From assembly GCA_041664165.1 (NCBI GenBank), contig JBAYLH010000003.1, forward strand, positions 3,247 to 67,246: a DNA stretch of 64,000 bases, read 5' to 3'. Shown here in pieces: positions 10,961-20,677 of this stretch. The notes beneath the pieces are model-generated. The model did no database searches and was not told the origin of the DNA. It worked only from the letters and a program-made list of their open reading frames with translations. Numbering within the stretch: position 1 is the first letter of the stretch; every line of letters begins with the position of its first letter. Position numbers and translations under genes: made by a program. Source of the DNA: Candidatus Buchananbacteria bacterium (GTDB lineage Bacteria > Patescibacteriota > Patescibacteriia > Buchananbacterales > UBA6539).

Positions 10961-11533
10961 TTATTGAGCGGCCGGAGCTGTGGGTTCTGGCGTCGGCTGA
11001 TTTTGTTTTTTCAGATAATCGGTAATCGCCTGAACCACCCGAGAATCATTTTTCAAATCCTCAATTAAAACTACATGCTCCCGGTTGATTTTCATTTCAT
11101 CAAGCGGCCCATGGATTTCATTGCCCATCTTGATTAAAGTCAGCCTTTGCTCCGGCTGAGTCTGAACGTCTGCCGGCTGGCCGATCGTATCCTGCAAATT
11201 CACCACTTGGAGATAATAAATATTTTTTAAAATGACGAAATCTTTATTAATTTTGGCTACTTTGCCGAAATAAACTTGACCATTGGCCAGAAAAACTGCC
11301 TGCCATTCGGCTTTCGATGAAGCTAGCCCGGGAATTAAACTGCCGCCGACGCCGGTGTAGCTGGCGATCAGATAAATACCGCCGCCGATAATAATCAAAA
11401 CAACGATCAGAGTGACTAAACCTTTCAGCCAAGATTTTTTGCCGCCTGATTTTTTTTCCGTACCGGCAACTCCTAAACTACCGCCGGGCAGACCCGGAGT
11501 TTTAGAGTTATGGTTGATCATTGGATATGCCAT
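10961..11533 (-). CDS. N-terminally anchored hypothetical protein
   Basis: 190 aa, Gly-rich N-terminus, one TM helix, then a soluble domain. Confidence 0.35.
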   Translation of the reverse strand: MAYPMINHNSKTPGLPGGSLGVAGTEKKSGGKKSWLKGLVTLIVVLIIIGGGIYLIASYTGVGGSLIPGLASSKAEWQAVFLANGQVYFGKVAKINKDFVILKNIYYLQVVNLQDTIGQPADVQTQPEQRLTLIKMGNEIHGPLDEMKINREHVVLIEDLKNDSRVVQAITDYLKKQNQPTPEPTAPAAQ

Positions 11534-11595
11534 AATTATTAACCTCCAAGACTTAGAAATTTTTTCTTTCGTCTGATAAATTATTTATTTATTAT

Positions 11596-12684
11596 TTAAG
11601 TTAGTTTATTATTCGAATTCTGCTTGGCCGCTAGCGGTTTGCCATTTTTTAATCCCGAATTGCTAAAAATATCTTTAATAATGACGCTGATAACAATTGT
11701 AATTGGGATAACCAAAATTATTCCTACGATGCCGGCAATTTTAGCACCAATTAACATGACGATAATCGTCACAATCGGATTTATTCCAACCTGCCTTTTC
11801 ATTACTTGAGGCACAATCACATTATTCTCCAATTGCTGAATCACAATATATAGGATTAAAACGCCAATCCCCCGCCAAATTGAAAAGTCCGGAACCGTAA
11901 AACCTAAAAAAACAGCGGGAATCGCTCCCAGGATTGGACCAACATAAGGAATGATTTCAGTAACACCGGCAACCAAAGCTAAAACTAAGGCATACTTTGG
12001 TAAAAAATAAAGCAAGCCGACAAAAGACAAAAAACCAATAATAAAACTGAGAATCAACTGCCCCCTGGCCCAGTCACCAACCTTTTTGGCGACAACCGAA
12101 AAAACGCCAACTAAATAATCATGATAACGGCTCGGCGCAATCACTTGAAAAAAGTCATGAACTAGATTTTTTTCAATCAACAAATAAAAAGTGATAACCA
12201 AAATAAAAATTAAATTAATTAAATTACTAAAAAGATAAACTGTAACTGAATATAAGCCAGAAGCGGCTCGCTGTAAGCCAGCTTGCCAAACCTGTAAATT
12301 TTGCTGAATATTGCTAACAAAATTCTGCTCCTGGGCATACTGGCTAAAACTACTGAAATTTTCCGCCATTTTTTCCCAAAGATAAGGAAAATTAACCGTC
12401 AATAATGACACTTGTTCGGCAATCGGCGGAATTATCAATCGAACTGCTAAAACTATGAACAAAAGCAAAATAACATAAACTAAAACAACCCCTAAAAATC
12501 GGGGTACTCGATATTTCTCTAAAAAGCTGACAACTGGTTCAATCAAAGCGGCGAAAATAATCGCCAAAAAAACCATCAAAATAATATCGCGGATGAAATA
12601 GGCGAAAAACAAAAGCAGCAAAATTCCGACAACTTTCAAAATTGTAACCGTCGAAATATTAATTGTCAGATTTTTGTTTTCCAT
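11596..12684 (-). CDS. AI-2E family transporter (UPF0118/PerM-like)
   Basis: 362 aa polytopic protein. N-terminal region ...FFAYFIRDIILMVFLAIIFAALIEPVVSFLEK and overall topology match the AI-2E family. Confidence 0.75.
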   Translation of the reverse strand: MENKNLTINISTVTILKVVGILLLLFFAYFIRDIILMVFLAIIFAALIEPVVSFLEKYRVPRFLGVVLVYVILLLFIVLAVRLIIPPIAEQVSLLTVNFPYLWEKMAENFSSFSQYAQEQNFVSNIQQNLQVWQAGLQRAASGLYSVTVYLFSNLINLIFILVITFYLLIEKNLVHDFFQVIAPSRYHDYLVGVFSVVAKKVGDWARGQLILSFIIGFLSFVGLLYFLPKYALVLALVAGVTEIIPYVGPILGAIPAVFLGFTVPDFSIWRGIGVLILYIVIQQLENNVIVPQVMKRQVGINPIVTIIVMLIGAKIAGIVGIILVIPITIVISVIIKDIFSNSGLKNGKPLAAKQNSNNKLT

Positions 12685-12846
12685 AAATTTTGCCTCCTTA
12701 AACTGCTTAAATTATACTAAATATAAACTTAGACTGTCAATAAAGAAGTATTTGACTCCGGAGTTTTTTCTGAAGTTGTGCGGTGCATTCTTTTTGCCTC
12801 GCTCGCTCAAAAATATGCTATACTATTTACGGGCTAAAGCCGCTAT

Positions 12847-13299
12847 ATGCCAACGCTGTCAACCAATAAAAAAGCTTTAAGCGATTATCAGGTTCTAGAA
12901 AAACTGGAAGCGGGAATTGTTTTGTCAGGCGCGGAAGTAAAATCAGTCAAAAACGGCCAAATCAACCTCAAAGGCAGCTATGTTACGATTAATAACCAGG
13001 GCGAAGCCTGGTTAATCGGCGCCCATATTTCCGCTTATAAAGCCGCCAGCGCCGGCCGAGCGACTTATCAGCCAGACAAAAGCCGCAAGCTTTTACTACA
13101 CCAAAAAGAAATTGATTACCTTTTAGGCAAAACCAAAGAAAAAGGCTTGACAATTATGCCTATTTCTGTATATACTAAAGGCAGTCTGATAAAACTCAAC
13201 ATCAGTTTAGTTAGGGGCAAAAAGCTCTACGACAAGCGGGAAAGCATTAAAAAGCGCGAAATAGACCGCCAAATCCGCCAAAAATTGAAAAGATTCTAG
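12847..13299 (+). CDS. smpB: SsrA-binding protein SmpB
   Basis: 150 aa. Motifs SGAEVKSVKNGQINLKGSYV..AWLIGAHISAY..KLLLHQKEIDYLLG are SmpB hallmarks. An extended -10 promoter (TGcTATACT) lies upstream. Confidence 0.9.
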   Translation: MPTLSTNKKALSDYQVLEKLEAGIVLSGAEVKSVKNGQINLKGSYVTINNQGEAWLIGAHISAYKAASAGRATYQPDKSRKLLLHQKEIDYLLGKTKEKGLTIMPISVYTKGSLIKLNISLVRGKKLYDKRESIKKREIDRQIRQKLKRF

Positions 13300-13386
13300 A
13301 TCCGAAGCTCTAAATCCGAAACCAACTATTTTCGAATTTAAAGTTTGGGATTTCCCCAAAATTTGCCAGCCAAATTTTGGGGCCAA

Positions 13387-13839
13387 GGGGATGTTTAAAA
13401 ATCGATAGAATCCAAATTTAAAGTTCTCAGATCAAGCATTGAAAATTTGGCTTGTTAATCTCAAATTTTCACCATGATAAGTGCCAAATCACTTGTCGCT
13501 CGAGTAAAAAGTGCTTTCAGTACTTTTGCTCTAGCACCCGTAATGGCCTAAAACCCATTACCATCAGCCCGGCGATACCTAATAACCGGTCACCCGCTTC
13601 GACTCGCGTCGAACTAGGTGCGCCCGCTAAGTCCTAACCGATGAAGCGAGGCGAGCTGGTGTCATAAATTAGGCACGGCAAATTAGTGTCTCACTGACTT
13701 GCTTAAACACCCGAGACTTTGGTTTTAAAGACTTTTGTTAATTTTATACTTTAAAACCGAAACAAAAAAATTGACTACACCTGTAAACCAACTTTGAATT
13801 TCTTTCTAGACAGGGGTGCAATTCCCCTCATCTCCACCA
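13387..13839 (+). ncRNA. ssrA: tmRNA (ssrA), putative
   Basis: It sits immediately downstream of smpB in a 780-bp non-coding gap. The 5' GGGGATG pairs with the 3' CATCTCC-ACCA as a 7-bp acceptor stem that includes the alanine-identity G3:U70 wobble. The T-arm is AGGGG-tgcaatt-CCCCT. CCA is encoded. A helix-2a-like pairing links AAATTTAAAG (13416-13425) with CTTTGAATTT. The hairpin GTAATGG-cctaaaac-CCATTAC places a TAA in its loop, as expected for the tag stop codon. Confidence 0.55.
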
Positions 13840-14077
13840 TTCGACTCGGCTGCCTTCGGCAGCCTCGCTCATGGTCTTTGACCACTTGAAGCCGGCTGAG
13901 TCGAATGGTGCCCCAAGCGACTCTGACCTAGATAAAAAATCGTTTATACTAAAAAATATAACATCTAGATGCCCGCCGAAGAGAGCTACAAATAAAGAGG
14001 CGACCAAAAATAAAAAAAATCTTATTAAATACAAACAGCTAACAAAATTAATAATTAAAAATTAATCAACAAAATCC

Positions 14078-14629
14078 GTGAGAATTTCCCGAAGAAAACC
14101 AAATTATCATCAAAAAGCAAGCTATCGCTACAAAACAAATCAATTCATCAAATCGCCACAACTAAGATTAATTGACGAAGACGGCCAGAACCTTGGCGTT
14201 ATGGATACCGTCGACGCCGTCGCTTTGGCTCAAGAACGCGGCTTGGACTTAGTTGAAGTTTCACCGCTCGCCAATCCGCCGGTGGCAAAAATCACTAATT
14301 ACAGCAAATTAAAATACCAGGAAGAAAAAGAACGGCGCAAAGAAAAGGCCAAACAAAAAAAAGTTGAAGTCAAAGGCATTAGATTGTCTTTGCGAATCAG
14401 CGAACATGATATTGAAATCCGGGTCAATCAGGCAATCAAATTTTTAAACCAAGACGACAAAGTAAAACTGGAACTATTGCTGAAAGGTCGGGAACAGCAG
14501 CATGTTAATTTAGCCCGAGACATAATCAATCAATTCATCAAATCAGTTGACTCAGTCGTGCCCGCCCAGATCGAACAGCCATTGAACCGGCAAGGCGGAA
14601 AACTTTTCGTGATTATTGCCAAAAAATAA
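14078..14629 (+). CDS. infC: translation initiation factor IF-3
   Basis: 183 aa. LRLIDEDGQNLGVM and the C-terminal KGIRLSLRISEHDIEIR are characteristic of IF-3. The true start may be a non-ATG codon downstream of the reported ATG. Confidence 0.9.
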   Translation: MRISRRKPNYHQKASYRYKTNQFIKSPQLRLIDEDGQNLGVMDTVDAVALAQERGLDLVEVSPLANPPVAKITNYSKLKYQEEKERRKEKAKQKKVEVKGIRLSLRISEHDIEIRVNQAIKFLNQDDKVKLELLLKGREQQHVNLARDIINQFIKSVDSVVPAQIEQPLNRQGGKLFVIIAKK

Positions 14630-14776
14630 TTTTTGCAATTTTTGCAGCTCAAGCTGTTTTTTAATTAACGCGATACTAATCTACCAATTCATACGAATTT
14701 ACTAATATTCGTAGATTAGTATAATTCGCTCACCTCGCTTCGCTCCGGCGAAGCGGGCAGATTAGCATTATACTCT

Positions 14777-14989
14777 ATGAAACTGAAAACTCACCAAGCC
14801 ACCGCCAAAAAAATTAAAATTACTAACGGTAAAAAAGGCCAGGGCGGCAAAAAATATTTTACCCGCCATGCCGGCCAAGATCATTTTAATGCCCGAGAAA
14901 CCGGCAATACCACCCGACACAAAAGAAAAGACACCCAAGTCAATCACGTCGATTTAAAAACAATCAAAAAAGCCTTACCTTATTCCTAA
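14777..14989 (+). CDS. rpmI: 50S ribosomal protein L35
   Basis: 70-aa basic protein (MKLKTHQATAKKIKIT..G..K) in the conserved infC-rpmI-rplT order. Confidence 0.75.
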   Translation: MKLKTHQATAKKIKITNGKKGQGGKKYFTRHAGQDHFNARETGNTTRHKRKDTQVNHVDLKTIKKALPYS

Positions 14990-15023
14990 TTTTTCTTATT
15001 TCTTATTACTTATTACTTAATCT

Positions 15024-15371
15024 ATGCCTAGAGTTAAAAGAGGAAAAGCTCATGTTGCCAGACGAAAAAGACTTTTAGCCAAAACTAAAGGTTACCGCTG
15101 GAGCCGAAAAAGCAGCATCAAGGCCGCGAAAACCGCCATCCGTAAAGCCGGAGTTCACGCCTATACCGATCGCAAGAAAAAAAAACGGGTCAACCGCGCT
15201 TTGTGGCAGATTCAAATTAACGCTGCCAGCCGAAGCAATGGTTTAAGCTATTCAAAATTTATTAATTTGCTAAAAGTTAATAAAATCGAATTAGACCGGA
15301 AAGTCCTGGCCGAACTGGCCGGAAAAAATCCGAAAGCTTTTGCCGTCATGGTCGGCCAAATCAAAAAATAA
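15024..15371 (+). CDS. rplT: 50S ribosomal protein L20
   Basis: 115 aa. MPRVKRGKAHVARRKRLL...YTDRKKKKRVNRALWQIQINAA...SYSKFIN matches L20 throughout. Confidence 0.9.
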   Translation: MPRVKRGKAHVARRKRLLAKTKGYRWSRKSSIKAAKTAIRKAGVHAYTDRKKKKRVNRALWQIQINAASRSNGLSYSKFINLLKVNKIELDRKVLAELAGKNPKAFAVMVGQIKK

Positions 15372-15413
15372 TTAGCAATTAAAAAAACTAAATACACAAA
15401 AAAGTTCCAAAGC

Positions 15414-15487
15414 GGAGGCGTAGCTCAGTTGGTTAGAGCGTCTGCCTGTCACGCAGAAGGTCGTGGGTTCGAGCCCCATCGTCTCCG
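15414..15487 (+). tRNA. tRNA-Asp (anticodon GTC)
   Basis: The cloverleaf folds by hand: acceptor GGAGGCG/CGTCTCC, D-arm GCTC-AGTTGGTTA-GAGC, anticodon loop CTGTCAC, T-arm GTGGG-TTCGAGC-CCCAT, discriminator G. CCA is not encoded. Confidence 0.9.
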
Positions 15488-15512
15488 CTTTGGAACTTTT
15501 TTAATTCTTATA

Positions 15513-15754
15513 AGGGCGAAGGCTCAGTTGGTTAGAGCGTCTGCCTGCGCGCCCCGCTTCAATTCAAATAACTAAACTAATCTTTAAAAAATTTGCGAGC
15601 CACAGGCGACTCCGCGCCAGCTAAAAAAATCTTTCGCCAAAAGCACATCGCGAAATTGAGGCGGGGTCACGCAGACCCGCCCGAACAACGGTGATATATT
15701 TAAGTCGTTCAGTCGGGCGGGAGGTCGAGGGTTAGAATCCCATCGTCCCCGCCA
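15513..15754 (+). tRNA. second tRNA-Asp-like copy interrupted by two insertions (intron-containing tRNA or pseudogene)
   Basis: 15522-15547 is identical to positions 10-34 of the adjacent tRNA-Asp (through CTG of the anticodon loop). TCACGCAGA (the rest of the anticodon arm) reappears at 15668-15676, after a ~120-nt insert that ends in G. The variable loop, T-arm and acceptor 3' strand, with encoded CCA, are at 15721-15754. A further ~45-nt hairpin insert (CCCGCCCGAAC...GTTCAGTCGGGCGGG) lies between them. The 5' acceptor strand does not pair well with the 3' strand, and the T-stem has an A:A mismatch. Confidence 0.4.
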
Positions 15755-15891
15755 GATGTCCAAGTTTGAACCCAAATAAAATAAGGGTTTTATACGATTG
15801 AAAAGCCGGTATCCGAACAAGATGCCGGTTTTTTAAACGCTTATCAATAGTTAAGAAAGCTGGTATAATATAAGTAATATAAAATAAACCT

Positions 15892-17691
15892 ATGGATATT
15901 AAATTCAAGGAAAAAATAATCAAGCTTTTCAGAAATGACGCTCGTTTTTGGGATACGGAAAAAGAAGAGCTTAATCAAACTTTACTAAAAGATGCAGTAG
16001 ACAAGTTTGGCGAAAAAGTTATAGAAACTCTTTTGGCTGACTCAGAAGCCAAAAAACAATTTTTTGTAAAAGTTAAAGATGCTTATATTTTTAAACCAAA
16101 TGATTTTAAGTTTTTTCTTGATGAAAACAAACTTGATAATTCATATACTCAACTAGCTAATAAAATCGGACTTGCCACGGAAGAAATTTCCAGCGAAAAG
16201 GTGGTTTTGAATTGGCCGTTTAAGGATTGCGTGCTTGAAGGTGGAATGACCAAGGAAGATGCGATGGATGTTTACTTCAAATATGACACTAAAATCGGTG
16301 AATGGAAAGAAGAAAAAGCCAAAAGAAAAGAAATATTTTTTAATGAGGTATTGGCTCGCGACGAAATAGACAGACTAGAAGAACCGAAAACTTTCTATAA
16401 ATGGAAAAGATTTACAGAAAAGAATTATCAAAAAGGTGAAGATGTTAAAGAAATAAAAAGAGATAAAGACGGAAACATAAAAGAAAATCTTGTTATTAAA
16501 GGCAATAATTTACTCGCCTTGTATTCTCTAAAAGAACAATTTGAAGGAAAAATTAAATTAATTTATATTGACCCTCCTTATAATACTGGCAGCGATAGTT
16601 TTTCTTATAATGATAATTTTAACCATTCTTCTTGGTTAACATTTATGAAGAATAGGTTGCAAGTCGCAAGAAATTTACTTGCAGACGACGGGCTTATTTT
16701 TGTTCAGATAGGACACAATGAACAGGCTTATTTGAGAGTTTTAATGGATGAAGTTTTTAGCCGGGCCAGATTTGTTAATGAAATTACTTGGAAAAAATAT
16801 AGTGGTGTAAAAAATCAAGCAAGCAAAAAGCTTACAACTCAACAAGAAACGATATTCTTATACTCAAAAACTGAGAATTATTCAATTAACATGGTTTATA
16901 ATGAGTTATCTGAAAAATATGTTAAAGATGAATATAAATATATTGATGAAAATGGAAGAAGGTATGCGAAATTAAGAGGTAGAGGATATCAGGGTGGAGG
17001 CAAAGGAACAAAAATAAAATATTTAGATGAAAATTTAGGATCCCCAATAACAACTTTATGGGACGAAGATTTTTTGCAAATCAGCACATCATCTTCAGAA
17101 AAAATTGCAGATTTTGTCGGGCAAAAACCAGAGTCCTTGTTAAAGAGAATAATAGAATTAACAACTAATCCCGGAGATGTGGTTCTAGATTATCATGCCG
17201 GCACGGGAACAACTTGTGCGGTTGCCCATAAAATAGGACGTCAATGGATTGGTGTGGAACAATTGGATTATTCAGAAAATAATCCTGAGGAAAGAATGAG
17301 AGGTGTGATTGCTGGTGATAAAAACGGAATTTCCAAAGGGGTAAATTGGAAAGGTGGCGGTGATTTTATTTATATTCAACTCGCAAAATGGAACGAGGAG
17401 GCAAAAGAGAAAATTGCTGAAGTAAAGTCATATGACGAACTAACAAAACTTTTTGCCAATTTGTATGAAAAATATTTTCTTAACTACAACGTCAAGGCAA
17501 AAGATTTTAAAGAAAATGATATAAAAAGTGAGGAATTTAAAAAAATATCTTTGTCTGAGCAAAAAAAGATGGTCGCCCGCATGCTTGATCTCAATCAGAT
17601 GTATATAAACTTTAGCGAGAGGAAAGATAAAAAGTACAACCTTTTAAAAGATGATATTGCTTTGAGTGAGGAGTTTTATGATAAGAAATAG
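15892..17691 (+). CDS. mod: type III restriction-modification DNA methyltransferase (Mod), beta-class N6A/N4C MTase
   Basis: 599 aa. Motif IV IDPPYNTG precedes motif I (VLDYHAGTGTTCAVA), the circular-permuted order typical of type III Mod. It is translationally coupled to the downstream Res gene (stop/start 2 nt apart). Confidence 0.85.
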   Translation: MDIKFKEKIIKLFRNDARFWDTEKEELNQTLLKDAVDKFGEKVIETLLADSEAKKQFFVKVKDAYIFKPNDFKFFLDENKLDNSYTQLANKIGLATEEISSEKVVLNWPFKDCVLEGGMTKEDAMDVYFKYDTKIGEWKEEKAKRKEIFFNEVLARDEIDRLEEPKTFYKWKRFTEKNYQKGEDVKEIKRDKDGNIKENLVIKGNNLLALYSLKEQFEGKIKLIYIDPPYNTGSDSFSYNDNFNHSSWLTFMKNRLQVARNLLADDGLIFVQIGHNEQAYLRVLMDEVFSRARFVNEITWKKYSGVKNQASKKLTTQQETIFLYSKTENYSINMVYNELSEKYVKDEYKYIDENGRRYAKLRGRGYQGGGKGTKIKYLDENLGSPITTLWDEDFLQISTSSSEKIADFVGQKPESLLKRIIELTTNPGDVVLDYHAGTGTTCAVAHKIGRQWIGVEQLDYSENNPEERMRGVIAGDKNGISKGVNWKGGGDFIYIQLAKWNEEAKEKIAEVKSYDELTKLFANLYEKYFLNYNVKAKDFKENDIKSEEFKKISLSEQKKMVARMLDLNQMYINFSERKDKKYNLLKDDIALSEEFYDKK

Positions 17692-17693
17692 TT

Positions 17694-20462
17694 ATGCCTG
17701 AAAAATATCTTTACGAAGAATTAAAAGAAAAGGCTTTTGATTATGGTATCTCAAAATCGCAGATACCTGATTTTATTGTTGATAATTTGAAGTATCCTTT
17801 ATTTGCTTGGCAAAAAAATGCCATAGAAAATTTTTTAACTTATGAGGAAATTAGAAAAGAAGAAGGTGGTTTGAAGCCACTGCATTTAATGTTTAATATG
17901 GCTACGGGTACTGGAAAAACATTGGTTATGGCGGCCCTGATCTTGTATTTTTATAAAAAAGGGTATAAGAATTTTATATTTTTTGTAAATCAAAACAATA
18001 TTGTTGATAAAACAGAAAATAATTTTATTAACAAAAGCCATAGCAAATATCAATTTAAACAGAATATTGTCATAGATAATAAAACAGTGCAAATAAAAAA
18101 AGTTGATACTTTTTTATCGAAATCGGAAGATATTCAAATAAAGTTTACTTCTATTCACAAACTCCATAATGCCGTATATTTAGCAAAAGAAAACTCTGTT
18201 TTTTTGGAGGAGTTGCAACGACAAGATTTAATTATGTTGGGAGATGAAGCTCATCATTTTAATGCTACTACTAAGAAGAATAAACCCGTCCAGTTAAGCT
18301 TATCCGGTGAATTGTCGGAGAGCGCAAGTCAGGAAGAAATTGAAAAGAGTTGGGAAGATACAGCTATTAATAAAATTTTAAAAAGGGGCAATAATAATAA
18401 AAATAAGCAAAATAATAACGCCCTTTTGGAGTTTACGGCGACAATACCGAGAGATCAGAGTGTAGACGATAAATATAGAGATAAAATTATTTATAAGTTT
18501 ACTCTAGAAAGCTTTCTTGACGCTGGTTATACCAAAGAAATCAATCTGGTCTCTTCAACTCTTAATAAAAAAGAACGAATTTTGTCGGTTTTATTATTGA
18601 ATTGGTATCGGCATAGTATAGCAGTAAAAAATAACCTACCGAATTTTAAGCCGGTTATTTTGTTTAGAAGTAAAACAATTGAAGATTCTAGAAAAGATTT
18701 TGATGAATTTTTGGATATTGTAAAAAAGCTTTAAAAAGACGATTTTAATTTTTTAAACTCAATAGACAAAAATTTCTTTGAGGGTGGAAATTTGTTTGAT
18801 AAAGGGAAGAGTAAAATTTTGGCAATGACCAGATTTATCAAGAATGAAAATATTAAATTCCCTGAAATCATTAACTGGATAAAATATTCATTTGCGGATA
18901 GAAATTGTTTGATAACCAACTCAAAAGATAATAAGAAAAAAAATAAAGAAGAAACCGATGAAGATCAAGATAGATTGCTTAACAGCTTGGAAGATCAAGA
19001 TAATCATATACGAGCAATTTTTACTGTTAAAAGATTGACTGAAGGGTGGGATGTTTTAAACTTATTTGACATAGTTCGTCTTTATGAAGGCCGTGATGAG
19101 TGGCATGATAAAAAAACTGGCGAAAGGAATGCTGGGGATTCCACCATCTCAGAGATTCAGTTAATTGGTAGAGGCGTGCGATATTTCCCTTTTAAATACC
19201 AAGACAAAGAAGCAAATAAGAGAAAATTTGATAATGATTTAGACAATCCGATGCGAGTATTGGAAGAATTTGACTTTCATTGTTTTGACGATAATCGTGG
19301 ACACTTTATAGATGAGCTTAAGCGTGAATTGAAACGTAAGGGGTTTATAAAAGAAACTAAGGTTAGAAAAAAGTTTGAATTAAAAACAGATTTTAAGAAT
19401 TCTGAGTTTTATAAAACAGTTAAAATTTTTTTAAACCATAAAATTGAAAATGTTAACAAACGTAAAAACAGTCTCAAAGAAATAAGGAGTGGCTTGAATT
19501 TTGAATATAGGTTAAAAACTTTCTCAATTAAAGAAGAACAAGTTAAATTAGGGAACAAAGAAGATGCGACACTTTTGGAAACCATAGGTGATGAAATGAA
19601 AACTCTGACCGTGAAATTAAATAGTTTTGAAAAAAATATCGTATATAAAGCGCTGAATATACATGCGAAAAAAGATAACTCGCTATATCGTTTCGATCAT
19701 CTTGCTTCCGAGTTTGAAGTTGAAAGTATTGATGAATTATTCAAAGAGGACATTTTAGGTGATATAAAAATAAATCTGGTCACATCTTCCAGTGTAAAAA
19801 AATTAGATAATGTTAATCAAGGCGAAAAATTAGGTATCCTACTCGCTTTTTTTGAGAAGTTAGAGGCTGAATTAAAGACAGTAAGTAATCCATATCTCGG
19901 CACAGAATTTAATGGTGTAAAATTTTCTGAAATTTTTGGAGGTACAAAAGAAAAAGCCGTAGAAATAGATGAGGAGAGCGAAAGAATAGAAAAAGAGTTA
20001 AAAGAACAAGACTGGTATGTCCTTAGTGGTTTTAATGGTACAAGCGAAGAAAGGTGTTTAATTGATTTTTTGAAAGAAAAAATTGGTAATCTAAAATCAA
20101 AATACGAAGAAGTATATTTACTCAGAAATGAAGAGATATACAAAATTTATGATTTTGAAAGAGGACGCGGTTTTCAACCGGATTTCTTACTGTTTTTAAA
20201 ACGTAGTAAACAAAGATTATATTACCAAGTTTTCATTGAGCCAAAGGGTTCGCAGTTCGCTGATAGAAGTGGTATTTTTGTAGAAAGTAAAGAGGCATGG
20301 AAAGAAGATTTTTTGAAAGAAATTACTAGGAGATATTCTGAAAAAGAAGTACTAAAAATGGAAAATAATCAGTACAAACTCATTGGCTTACCACTGTTTA
20401 ATGAGAGAATAAAAACAGATTTTGACAATGAATTTAATAGGCAGGTTTTGGAAGCTATTTAA
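17694..20462 (+). pseudogene. res: type III restriction enzyme Res subunit, interrupted by one in-frame TAA (18732-18734)
   Basis: ORFs 17694..18734 and 18792..20462 are in the same frame and are separated only by TAA at 18732-18734, which I checked codon by codon. The N-terminal half has helicase motif I (NMATGTGKT) and the DEAH box (LGDEAHH). The C-terminal half has motif VI (LIGRGVRY) and a PD..EPK nuclease motif (QPDF...FIEPKG). Combined length is ~922 codons, typical for Res. Confidence 0.75.
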
Positions 20463-20610
20463 TCGAATAATCCACCTCATTTTTGCCTTTAATTGACTTT
20501 GGCTTGGGTGTCTCAAACCATTCAGGATGAACTTTGAAGATACGCCTTAATTCCTGTATACTATTATCAATATCCTTGAATTTGAGCCACTTTTTCGGTT
20601 CAAAGTTGCG

Positions 20611-20627
20611 GGACATCGTCTCCGCCA
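20611..20627 (+). repeat. degenerate direct repeat of the tRNA-Asp 3' end (possible island att-site remnant)
   Basis: GGTTCAAAG...GGGACATCGTCTCCGCCA matches the tRNA-Asp T-loop/acceptor 3' end (CATCGTCTCCGC, 12/12). It lies just past the R-M genes and is followed by a terminator hairpin CGCCTAACCGGCG-T7. Confidence 0.4.
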
Positions 20628-20677
20628 TTCAAAATAATCGCCTAACCGGCGATTTTTTGTTTTTTTTATTTGTCTAA

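Noticed and set aside
13452-13637. 61-aa plus-strand ORF inside the smpB-infC gap
   Set aside because: It lies within the predicted tmRNA. It has no RBS and an odd composition. The region is better explained as structured RNA.
15584-15923. Minus-strand ORFs 15584..15820 and 15732..15923
   Set aside because: They overlap the tRNA and tRNA-like locus and the Mod promoter region. They have no coding signal.
18735-18791. A true intergenic spacer between two separate Res-half genes
   Set aside because: The 57 nt are in frame with both halves and contain no additional stops. The two halves carry complementary parts of a single Res domain set, so a single interrupted gene is the simpler reading.
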